A DNA stretch of 42,205 nucleotides from Neocallimastix sp. 'constans' (taxonomy: Eukaryota), in the NCBI GenBank assembly GCA_050613775.1, contig JBODTK010000152.1:372001-414205 (forward strand). The letters are read 5' to 3'. The translations under genes were made by a program, and so were the position numbers. Of this stretch, positions 26,292-42,205 are shown piece after piece (position 1 is the first letter of the stretch; each line of letters begins with the position of its first letter). The notes beneath the pieces were generated by a model that had not been told where the DNA came from, did not search any database, and worked only from the letters and a program-made list of their open reading frames with translations.

Positions 26292-27866
26292 TTAAACTAA
26301 TGATTGGAATTTCTTGCAAATAATCTTGTGCTTTGGCCAATGTTTTTCCTGATCTTCCTTACTACAATATAAGGAAACATTACATCCCTTACATCTCATC
26401 AATTTACCATTATCCTTACCACAAAAATCACAAACATGAACCCCTTCAATATCTTTAATTAATTCTTCCTTCCATAATTCTTCCATCATTAAAACAGTCT
26501 TCTTATATAATTGATAATCAATTCTTGATGGGAACCATCTTTCTAAAATGCACATAGCCTTAAATCCCTTTTTCCATAATTCAACGATAGTATCTAATAA
26601 TCCTGAATTTTCATCAAGGAATTTCTTCCAAGAATCCGTAGAGAGTTTCTTACCTGTAATAAGCATAATTTTATAGAAGCAAGCATGTGACATATTTTCA
26701 TCACAAATTGGAGCATTTTCAATATAAATATCTAAAGCATGAATAGTTTCTTCAATAACCTTTGGTTTTAAAGTGTAAGTTGGTGAATTGATAGCATAAC
26801 CAAAAGCAGAACGATAATCTACTGGATTAATTTCTAAACCCTTCTTAAAGCATATTATAGCATCTTCTGGACGACCAATAATACCTAAAACCTTTATTAT
26901 TTAGATATCATTGTTTTGTTTTGTTTTGTTTTTATTATTAATTTAATAATTATATATAATTGAATCAATTATTATATATTTTTATATATATTTATTATTA
27001 TTAATTATATTTATTATTAATCATTCATTACTATAATTTATTTTATTGATTTATTTAATTCACTTTTAATATAATATAAAATAATTATTTTTTTACTAAT
27101 ATAAAATTAGATATCAAATACTTACTTGACCTTTCATATACCAAAAAAGTGAGTTTTCACTTTCAATAGCAATAACATCATCCCATGCCTTAAGAGCAGA
27201 ATTGATAATCATTTCACCAGTTTGAACACCAATTTTACCTAACATATTTTTTGGTACATTTGCTAAAGAATTTAAGTGAGTGAATTCTTCGAAAGCAATT
27301 AAAATATGAGCTGCAATTTTTACATTATTATTGAATTCTTTGTCATCAGTTTTATATAAATTTTCTCTACGTTCTTTATCAAGAAGAATAGATCTTAAGA
27401 TGGCACCCTTTGGAGAAGAAAACATTCCTCTTTCAATATCAACAATTCTTGGTTGTAATAAATAACCAGAAGCAAAAGCTAAAACAGCAGGAGCATAACT
27501 AGCATCAGAATCAGCTGCAGCTAGCGCAACATTGGCTATTTTATAATACAATACCATTAATTACATTTAATTAATTAATATACAAATATATTAAATATAT
27601 ATATATTTATTATAATTATAATAAAGAAAATATAAATTAGAAATTCAAAATTTAAATTAAATAAATAGTAATTTATTTGAAAATAAGAATAAATATTATA
27701 TATATATATATCTTGAATCAATATAACATAAAATAAAAAAAAAAAATAAAATAATAAAATTAAAAAATAAAAAAATAAAATAAAAAATAAAAAAATAATA
27801 AAAATATATATATAAATGGTATATATATATGTCATAATGTGTTTATTGCAAAATAATATATAGAAA

Positions 27867-27920
<54 letters not shown>

Positions 27921-28129
27921 TAATATATTTTATTTTACTAAAATACGCTATTATTAATATTTGTCTTTTTTTTTTTATAATTTATTTACCTTCTTCAAAC
28001 ATTCTACTTGCTTCTGCAAATTGTTGTCCAGTCTTTTGGTCTAAAATATTTTCAGGGTAAATAAGTCTTTGTTTGATTGAATTACCTTTAATAGAAGAAT
28101 TTGAAGCCACTGTTTGTGAATCATTTCAT
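26292..28129 (-). CDS. TPR-repeat protein with C-terminal MYND zinc finger (3 exons; start uncertain)
   Basis: Exons ~27990-28129, 27126-27535 and 26292-26891 join in frame. TPR motif FWYMKGQVLGIIGRPEDAIICFKKGLEINP; MYND motif CDFCGK..LMRCKGCNVSLYCSKEDQEKHWPKHKIIC. Confidence 0.85.
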
Positions 28130-28873
28130 TTATTTCATTCATTATTATTATTTTTATTTATATTTTTTAAATATATTAGTTCAATGAAATTTAACAAAAT
28201 TACAATAAAAAAAAATAAAAATAAAAATACTTCAATTTAATAAATAAAATTTATATATTTATTTTTAAAATATTTTTGAATATAATATTTTAAAGAAAAT
28301 ATATATATTATGAAGTACTTATACATACTTTTAGTATATATTAATATTAGGATTTATAAATATATAAATTTTAAAAAAAGTATGATATTAATATGTATTT
28401 CGTTATTCCTAATTTATTACTATTATCTTTTCGTATACTTCGTTTAACAAAGTATTAAATTTTTATATATAATTTATGAAATTTAATGAAAATTTCAAAT
28501 TTTATTTTATTTAAAAATAAAATAAAAAATAAAAAATTAAAGGATTTTAAGTCTTTTATATGATTATTGTTTATATTCTAAAAATATATAAATCAGTGAT
28601 AGTTATAAATTATTATTAAATGTTTTATTAATTTATATTATATTTATTTTTTTACAATTATTTATTTATAACAAAATTAATATTAATTATAAATTACTAT
28701 ATAAAGTTATTATTAAAATAGTTTAATTAAAATTTTTTATTATCACTTGTTATTAATTATTACTTATTATTATAATATATAACGCCAAACTTTATTATTT
28801 ATAAAAATTTCAATTATTAAATTATTTTTTTTTAATTAATAAATAGATAAATATTAATAAATGAATAAATAGA

Positions 28874-28904
<31 letters not shown>

Positions 28905-31785
28905 AAAATTGTTTTAATAATTAATATATTAGTATTGACTACATACAATATAATATATAATTGTTTATGTTAAGTTTTATTCAAATTTCAGTTCCTTTTT
29001 TTTAAATTTATCCTTTAAATATTAACCACATTATTTATTCATATTCCTTTTTGATTATGAATTTGAATATGAATAAACAAAAATTATATATTCATATTCA
29101 AATTCATAATCATATTGAAATTGTATTTTTCTTGCTAGTCCTATCATTTTAATATATTTTGACAATATTTTGACATAAATTAATATAGAATATCCAATTG
29201 CCTTAAAGTAAAAAAGTAATTTAAATTAATATTCTTTATTTTCATAATATTAATAATAATAAATAATATAATTATTAACTTTTACTACTTTAAATTTATC
29301 AATAATAAAATATTAATTTGAATAATTTATAATATTGAAAGTAATTATTCATTTCATTATTTATGTTAATAATAACAAAGATTACAGTAATAAAGTAAAA
29401 AGGGATTTTTAAATTAATTATATATATAGTTTCTATTATTTATTTGATATAGAAATTCAAACTCTTCTCATAATTTAAATGTTTTAACTATAAAAAATAA
29501 TTATAAAAACTATAAAAATGTATATATATTTATAAATATGATGATTGAATATAGTTTCTATTTTTTTTTCATTATTTCTCATCATGTATAAATATAAAAT
29601 AAAGTTGATTCAACAATATATTATCGTTTTAAGCATAATAAGATTTATTTTCCATTTTAATAAAAATTTAATAAATTATTTTTCATATTAAATCTATTTA
29701 ATTAAATTAAATCAATAAATTCTATTACTATAAATGATCTTTTGGTCCAACTTTTATATTAAATAAGGTTTTGTGTAAATTGATTAAAATAATTGGAATG
29801 AATTGGCAAAAATAATATTTGTTGTTACTATATACCATTTAAATTAAATAATGAACTTTGTTTTGATTTAAATGGTTATTGAAATTGATCAATATATTAC
29901 AATATATATTAAATATTTAATAATATATATTAATAAATTAATGAAAATAAATATTAATATTATTCACATAATATATATAATATTTCTTTTTGTCTTTAGT
30001 TTTGTTTTGTTTTACTTTCAAAAGTTGGAAATATGGATTATGAAAAATAAAAAAAAAAAAAAATAAATATCAATAAAACTATTTTATTTATTAATAAAAA
30101 AAATAACAGTATTAGCCATTAAAAAATTATTATCAGTCTTTTTCAAAAATAAAAAAAGAAAAAAATTGTTAATAATTATTTAATTAATTTTAATTAATAG
30201 AAATAGAATTTATTTAAAAAAAAATATATTTATTATTTTCATATTTACATTAAATTTTTCTTTTATTAATACTTTATTATTTATTTATTATTTATTATTT
30301 CATTCATTTATTTATTTATTATTTTATTATTTGTTTATTATTTATTTTATTATTTATTTATTATTTATTTATTTATTTATTATTTATTATTTCATTTATT
30401 TATTTATTATTTTTAATTTATTTATTATTTATCTTTTTTTTATTCATTATCTACTTTATAGTTATTATTTAATTATTTAATTAATAATATTTATAATTAT
30501 TAATTTATTATATGGTTAACTATTAAATTATTAATCCTTATTTGTTAAATTAATACTACATAAAAAAAAAAGTAAAAGAGAATTTTATTTTTTATATATA
30601 TTTGATTGTTATTTTTTTCATTATTATCTAATAATTATAATTATATAAACCATAAAATTTTATTTTCATTATTGATACAATGAACTAGTTAATTGAATTT
30701 AACGAATTTGATTAAGTTATATTTAAAGCTTTTAAATTAATAAATAATGTTTTTTTTTTTTTTTTTTTTGCTTTTTTTTTAAAAAAAAAAATTTATAATC
30801 ATTTTCATTATTATTTATTAAAAATAAAATAAATTTTCTTTTTAATTTTTAAAGTTTAAATAAAGTTTCACAACTAACATTATATAATAATGAGATTATA
30901 ATATTTTTTTTTATTTAATTTTTATTTATATAAATTTACTTATATATAATTTTGTTAAATAATGTGTTACTAATGTGTTACTAATAATTAAGTTCTCAAT
31001 ATAATTTAAACAATATTATAAAAAGATTGAATATAAAATACAATAAATAAAAGCTATATATAAAAAAAGTTTATTTTATTGATTATTCAAATAACTATTA
31101 TAAAGTATAATACATGTTACTCTTAACATTTAAATATAATCAAAAAAAAATTTAATCATATAATAAAGTATTATTATTATATTTAATTACTATGATTCTA
31201 TTTCCCTCTATTTTTATTTCCTTTATCTATATATAAAAGAAATAAATATAATATATATATATATATATATTTTTTTTTGTTTGTTTGTTTGTTTGTTTGT
31301 TTTTGATATAATTTACTATACCTGATACAAATTAATAATATGTATATATTTGCCATTTAAAATAATTATAATTTTATAATATATAATTATTTTATTTAGT
31401 TAGTTATTTTCAATTTATTTATTTTTTTTATAAATCTTTTTTTAGCTTTGAACTTATTTATAAGAAATTCACTTTAATTTGATATTTTATAATTAAAATT
31501 AATAGTTAAAATGTATTTCATCTTGTAAGTATAATATTTTTATCTAGTGATTTTTTATGCTAAAATATATTAACTTTCTGTTTAAATCTACATGTATGGG
31601 TTATATTTTATTTTTAAAAATTTATTTATTAATTAATATACATTAATTTTTTAAATTAAATTTAAATCTTAAATATTTTAAAAATAAATATTATAAAAAT
31701 TTTTTATCAAATATATTTATTCTTTTTCTTTTTATATTAATTAGTAATTATTTCAATTTAAATTTTTATTTATAGATATTAGAGA

Positions 31786-35774
<3,989 letters not shown>

Positions 35775-36703
35775 AGGTTAAAATACTCATCGAAATTATA
35801 AAGTAACAAAAAACTATATATGAATATATATATGTAGTTATATATCCTATATATATATACTTCTTATATATATTTTATAAATTTGATGAGTATTGACTCG
35901 AGCTTTAGATATATATATTTATAAATTAATAACTATCAGTATTTATTATTATAATAATAATAATAATGAGAAGATAATGATAATCAAATTATAAGAAAAT
36001 GATAAAAAAAAAAGAAAAGAAAAGAAAAGAAAGAAAGAACTAAACAAAAAAGAATATATATATATTAAAGAAATATTGATTAATTTTCAAGTTGGAAAGG
36101 TCAAATAAAAAATGAAAAATGAAAAATGAAAAAAAAATGAAAAATGAAAAATGAAAAATGAAAAAAAAAAAAAATTATATAAAATTTTAATATTTTATTA
36201 TCAAATATATAATTGTTTATATATAATATATCATAATATGTATTAAAAGAAAATAAATAATTAGGAAAAACTATTTGATGTATATTAAGTACTATTAATA
36301 TATATATATATATAAAATTAAGATTATTATTTTATTAATAAATAATAATGAAAAAAATAAAAAATAAATAAATAAAATTAAAAATTTATTTTTATTTCTA
36401 TTTATATATAATTAGTAATATATATAATTATTATAAGTATTATTAATTAAACATAATTTAATCATCCATTTTTATTATTAATTTATTTTTCACTTATTGT
36501 ATTTTAAATACTAAATAAACTTTTATATAATAAAAATTTATTGGTTAAAAATAAATAATAAAGTTTAATTAATATATTATAAATTTCTTTTTAAGTTTTT
36601 TTTTTTCTTTTTCTTTTTGATATTTTTTTTTATATATATTTTAAAAATATATATATTTATCTTTTTTTTTTTATTGTGAATACTAAAATAAAAGTAATTC
36701 AAT

Positions 36704-36784
36704 ATGGTTAATGTTACTTGGTTAGGTCATGCTGCTTTTATGTTTAAGCATTCTGGATTCACTTTCTTAATAGATCCGTAATTA

Positions 36785-36823
<39 letters not shown>

Positions 36824-38643
36824 TTTTATTTCGTTATAATTTATATCTATATTATGTCAAAAAAAAAAAATAAAATAAGGTTCCTATTGACCTTGCAGCA
36901 TTTTTTGTTACAAAAAAGAATATATATATATATATAAATAATACAAATATATATTTTTATATTTTACTTTTTAAATAAAGATAATTACATAGATAAATTA
37001 ATTTATTAAGAATGTTTAAAAAAATTCAAATGTATAAATAAAGAAGTAATAATTATTTAATAAATAATAACATATTATAATAATATTATTATTAATAAAA
37101 TTTAAAAAATATATAAAAATGAAATATTTTTATATTACTCAGTAATTACTACGTTATATATATTTTAATATATTTAATTATTTTTTTTTTTTATTTTGTA
37201 TATTATTTTCATTGAAATAGATTCCTTGACAATCCAAATTGTCCAATTAAAAGCATTCCAGTTGGCATTGATGCTATTTTAATTACGTAAGAATTTTTTT
37301 TTAAAAAAAAAAAAAAAAAATGAGTAATTTTAAAATTTATAAATTTAAAATTTATTAAATATATATATTTTTTTGTATCATTATAATAAAAATAATTATT
37401 ATATATATATATATATATTTTTTGATAATTATACAGTCATGGACACTCTGATCACATTGGTTCTACTATCGAAATTTTAAATGCTAATCCAAGTTGTAAA
37501 GCTTATGCCAATGTTGAAATTGCTTCTTATCTTGGAAAAAAAGTAAGAAATAATGTTATAGGCTTCAATAAGGGTGGTACAGTTAGTATTGGTGGAAATT
37601 TCAAAGTTACTATGGTGAGTTTAGTAAAAAAAAAAAAATAAAAATAATTATTTCTGTATTGATATAAAACAAAATAAAAGCAAAAACACAAAATAACAAA
37701 TATATTAATATATGTATAAACAATAAACAAAAAAAAAAAAAAAAAAAAAAAAAAAATAAAAAAAAAAATAAAAATAAAAATAAAAATAACAAAAATTTTA
37801 TTAATAATAATGTTTTATTTTTTTAATTTTTTAATTGATAAGGTTGATGCTATTCATTCATCAGACATTGATACTGAAAATGGCATTATTCCAGGTGGTA
37901 CCCCAGCTGGTTTTGTAGTTAAGGGTAACGGTACTACCTTCTACTTTTCTGGTGATACTGGTAATCTATTAAAGTTATTTAATATATTTGTTGTTAACAT
38001 AAAAGGGCAATATTATTTCTTTTTTTCAAAAAAAAAAAAAAAAAAAAAAAACTAAATTTTTAAATTATAATATTAAAAATGAAACAAAAACTTCAAAGAT
38101 GTCTTTAGTGATATGGCAATTATTAATGACCTTTATCAACCAGAATATGCTTTCTTATGCATTGGTGATTACTATACCATGGGTCCAATTCAAGCTGCCT
38201 ACAGTATTAATAATGTATAATAAAAAAAAAAGTTTTTTTTTTTAATCAATTTATATATTAATTTATAATAAATTATCATTAAATATATATTGTTATGATA
38301 AATTAAATTAAATTATATTTACTATATTATTAACTATTTAATTTTATTTTATTTAATTTTTATTATAATTAATATCAAAAGTTCTTAACAAATGTTAAGA
38401 CAGTTATTCCAATGCATTTTGTAAGTATTTTTAATGGGCATTTATATATTTATGTTTTTATTATTAAAAATTAAGAGTATCTTTTTAATTATTATTATTA
38501 TTATTTAATATTATTTTTTTATTAAATTTATTTTTTAGGGTACCTTCCCAGTTTTAACAGGTACACCAGAAGAATTAGAAAAAAATATAAAGACAAATAC
38601 CAAGGTTTTAACTTTAAAGTTCGGTTCACCATATGATATTTAA
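36704..38643 (+). CDS. UPF0173-type metal-dependent hydrolase (metallo-beta-lactamase fold), 231 aa, 7 exons
   Basis: Exons 36704-36777, 37221-37286, 37437-37614, 37843-37960, 38099-38214, 38382-38420 and 38539-38643 total 696 nt in frame. Motifs: TWLGHAAF..IDPFL..NP, THGHSDH, AIHSS, YFSGDT, IGDYYTMGP, IPMHFGTFP. Confidence 0.92.
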
Positions 38644-38654
38644 AAATAAAATAA

Positions 38655-38716
<62 letters not shown>
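38655..38716. repeat. (AAT)n microsatellite
   Basis: Perfect run immediately after the hydrolase stop codon. Confidence 0.9.
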
Positions 38717-38718
<2 letters not shown>

Positions 38719-39828
38719 TAAATAAATAAATATGAGCAATATAACTTTTAATAACAATATTTTTTTAAATATAAAAGTTAAGAAATTAAAGTTAACAAGC
38801 AAATAAATTTAAATAAAATAAAAAAAAACATAAAACTATAAATAATATAATTGTAAATTTAAAAATGAATAGTATAATCTTTTTTTTTTTTTATCTTAGA
38901 AAAACAAATGAAAACAATATTTATGAACTTGGCTTAAAATTTATATATATATATACACATATTTACTATTATTAATACTAGTTTCCTTCCATGACTTTAT
39001 TCATTAATTTTTAAAATTGTTAAATCTTTAATTTTTCTTTTAAAAATATTTTTTCTTTGTAATTATTAATATATTTATTCTAATCTTTTACAAAATATCT
39101 ATTATATAAATAAATAAAACTCCCATTTATTATTAATGAAATTTTTTTAATCAAAACCTGGTCCTCGATATATATTTTTAATTAAACTTTTCTCAAAGAT
39201 CAAATATTTTACATTAAACTTTAAAATATATAAAATTTTAAATTTTATTATAAATTTATTATACCATATTGAATTACTTTAAAAAAAAACTAAAGAATAT
39301 ATTCTGTTTTACAACTGTAAATTTTACTTATATTTTATTTTTGAATTTAAATTATATAACTTTTTCTTCGTCTTCCTAAATTCACACACTACACCTTGTT
39401 CATATATATACTGTCATTTTTGTTTTAACAATTACTTATAATCATTTTTATTTCAATTACTTTCATAATCCATTTATTTGATCATTAATACATCTAATTG
39501 ATGTTTATTTATATATATTAATTTTCCATAAACAAAATTTTTTAAATAAACTAAAAATCATATTAACAATCGATTTCCCTCTTTAACGAATTTTTTTTAT
39601 ATTTATTTTATTAATGCTTATCTTTAATTTACATTAATTAAATATTTATTTTCAGCAAATGTAAAACAATTCCATACCTAAATATATTAATTGTATGATA
39701 TATTATTCATAAATATATAAAATATTAATATAAATTATATTTATTTGATTATAACTTTTCATTTATAAACTTATTTTAAACACACTTACAGAAATACAGA
39801 GAACAAATGCTTATAAATATCATAAAAT

Positions 39829-40497
39829 TTACTTGGATTGAGTAACCTTCTTAGTACCACGGAACTTCTTGCTTCTGTTCTTCTTTTCCTTAATTTGCTT
39901 ACGTGATTGTTGAACCTTTTCAACAAGACCTTGTCTAACTAATCTGTATTTTGGTTCAAACTTCTTGGCAGCTTCAATGTTATCGTAAATTAAAGCATAA
40001 CCAGTACTTTTACCACCACCAAAATGAGTACGGAAACCGAAAACAAAGATGTTCTAATTATTAATAAAAATTAATTAACAAAAGTTACAATTATTCTAAA
40101 TGATATTAAAAAAATTCTTACTTCCTTATCGGCCTTGTACATCTTGGAAAGCTTATCACGGAGATCGCTCTTTGAAAGATTAGCAGAATTTGGGTGAATG
40201 ATATCAACGATCATTTGCTTACGTTGAAGGAGACGGTTAGTCATAAACTTCCTTGTGCGGATGGTACAAGTATTGTCAGCCTAATAATGATTATACATAT
40301 TTATCATACATATTACTAATATAATTCATACAAAATTACTTCAAAATTTAAACAATACAAAAAACTAAAAAATTTAAAAAATTAAAACAATTATACATCC
40401 ATCAAAATTAACACTAAACTTTAAAAACACAAATAATACAATAAAACAAAAATTTCAATAATCAAATATTTCATTCATTAATACGATTTCATACCAT
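39829..40497 (-). CDS. RPS24: 40S ribosomal protein S24 (eS24)
   Basis: Exons 40495-40497 (ATG only), 40122-40280 and 39829-40053 give [65 protein letters not shown]. Confidence 0.98.
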
Positions 40498-40532
40498 GTT
40501 TATTATATGCTATTAAAAAATTCAGCTGATAT

Positions 40533-40651
40533 AGAGAGAGAGACTAAAAAGATTTTGTCGCAAAATTGTAAATACTTTTTTATCAAATCATTCATACAAC
40601 TCAATTTTGACCAATCGAATTTCAATTAATTATATGTGGCTGTGTTATTGG
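40533..40651 (-). promoter_or_regulatory. RPS24 promoter: TCT/TOP-like pyrimidine tract, Homol-D-like octamer, CCAAT boxes
   Basis: TCTCTCTCTCT lies 36-46 nt upstream of the ATG. CAGCCACA (minus, 40642-40635) differs by one base from Homol-D CAGTCACA. CCAAT occurs at 40611-40615 (+) and 40647-40651 (-). Confidence 0.45.
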
Positions 40652-41580
40652 TAATATATTATAAATATATATTCTATTAAAAATTTTTAATAATAGATTG
40701 TGATTTATAAATATACATATTAACAACTAAAATACATAATTATTATAAATTATTATAATTATTATTATATATATATTTATAATTATTTTTTATTTATATT
40801 ATTATTATAATTATTTTTATTTAAAAAATATATATATTTAAATATTATTATTATATTATAAAAATTTGATGATTTTAAATATTTTTAAAAATTATATATA
40901 TAATAATATAATAATAATATTATTATTATATTTTTATAATATTTAAATATATTTTATTTTTATTATTATTTTTTTTTAAATATTAATATATATTTTAAAC
41001 CTATTTAATAATATATTTAATAATTATTAATATTCAAAAATTTTTTTTTATTTTATTTTATTTTTTTTTTAATATTTTAAAAATAATAAATTAATATAAA
41101 ATAATATAATAATAATTTATTTAATGATAAAAATAAAATAAACTCTTTCGTAATTATAGCATTTTGTAGCAATTAATTATAATTTAAAATTTAAAATTTT
41201 ATTTTTATTTCAAAAGAATATTAATGAAGTCGTCAATATTTTTTACTTAATAATATACTTATAGAATAGTTACATCATCAATTAATAAAATATTATACAT
41301 AAATTAATAATTAAGATTCAAATTAATAAAAACTTTTAAATTTTTTTTTAAAAAAAGGTAATTTTCCATTAAAATTTACGAAAAATAATAGATATTATTT
41401 GTTTTCAATATACAAATATGAATAATAAAAATCATATTATTATATTTTCTTCATCAAAAATTTATTTGAAAGCTTTGACATTATTTTCAATTATTTAATA
41501 TATATTGAAAGGGGGAGATACATTTCAAAAAATTTACATAAAATTTTCATTTTGCAAAATTTATGTAAAAAGTTAATAAG

Positions 41581-41785
41581 TAAATTAATAATAAAATAAA
41601 TAAATGATATATATAATTTAAATATATAACTAAATAAATAAAAATAAATAAATTAATAATAAAACAAATAAATAATATATATAATTTAAATATATAACTA
41701 AATAAATAAAAATAAATAAATTAATAATAAAACAAATAAATAATATATAATTTAAATAGATAACTAAATAAATAAAAATAAATAA
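41581..41785. repeat. Minisatellite, 3 copies of a ~68-bp unit
   Basis: Copies start at 41581, 41649 and 41717, with few substitutions and a 2-bp deletion in copy 3. Confidence 0.88.
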
Positions 41786-42205
41786 ATAAAACTATAATAA
41801 ATAAATAAATATAAAAAAAATTTTTAAAAAAAATATATATATATACATTATATAACAATAAATATTCATTAGGATTAAAGCTTTAAAAAAATAAAATATG
41901 TTATTATACATTTTAAACGTTTTATTATATTTCAATAAATATATATGATTAATAATAATTTTATATATATATATAAGTATTATAATATAAGTATATTTTA
42001 AACTATTAAAAAGCAATTATTAAAAAGATTAAATAATAATATCTAAATAATTTAATTAATCTTTTAAGTCCTTGCGCAGTATTTTAAAAAATCTTAAATT
42101 ACTAATAAATTTTTTTAATAAAAGAAATATTTAAAAAAAAAAAAATGAGGATATCATAAAAAAAGGGAGTTATAAGTAGCACAAAGTTAGGATGATTTTA
42201 GGTGG

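Noticed and set aside
35883..35905. TGATGA plus small hairpin as hammerhead or C/D snoRNA
   Set aside because: No CUGAUGA/GAAA core and no matching D box.
41581..41785. Direct repeats as a CRISPR-like array
   Set aside because: Contiguous tandem units with no unique spacers, in a eukaryotic context; this is a minisatellite.
42068..42081. CTTGCGCAGT resembling the U4 snRNA 5' end
   Set aside because: The similarity stops after ~10 nt and is followed by AT-only sequence.

Overview
Extremely AT-rich, intron-rich eukaryotic DNA with GT-AG introns, microsatellites and poly-A/T runs. The composition plus a ciliary transition-zone gene fits an anaerobic gut fungus (Neocallimastigomycota); this taxonomy is an inference. 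I rebuilt seven spliced genes by hand: a CC2D2A/MKS6-like gene (3' end runs off the window), a Sec7-domain protein with an apparently split PH domain and no catalytic glutamate, an EDC4/Ge-1-like decapping scaffold, a TPR+MYND protein, an ACSF3/MatB-like acyl-CoA synthetase with two microexons, a prokaryote-type UPF0173 metallo-beta-lactamase-fold hydrolase with six introns, and RPS24. The gene-poor stretch from 17.2 to 26.2 kb holds a decayed non-LTR retrotransposon, a 45-aa microprotein ORF missed by the ORF track that resembles the DAP/DAPL1 C-terminus, and a structured ~175-nt GC-enriched island. The island is either a retroelement 3' end or an ncRNA carrying a telomere-template-like 9-mer. 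No CRISPR, rRNA or convincing tRNA was found. Family assignments rest on motif recognition, not database searches.
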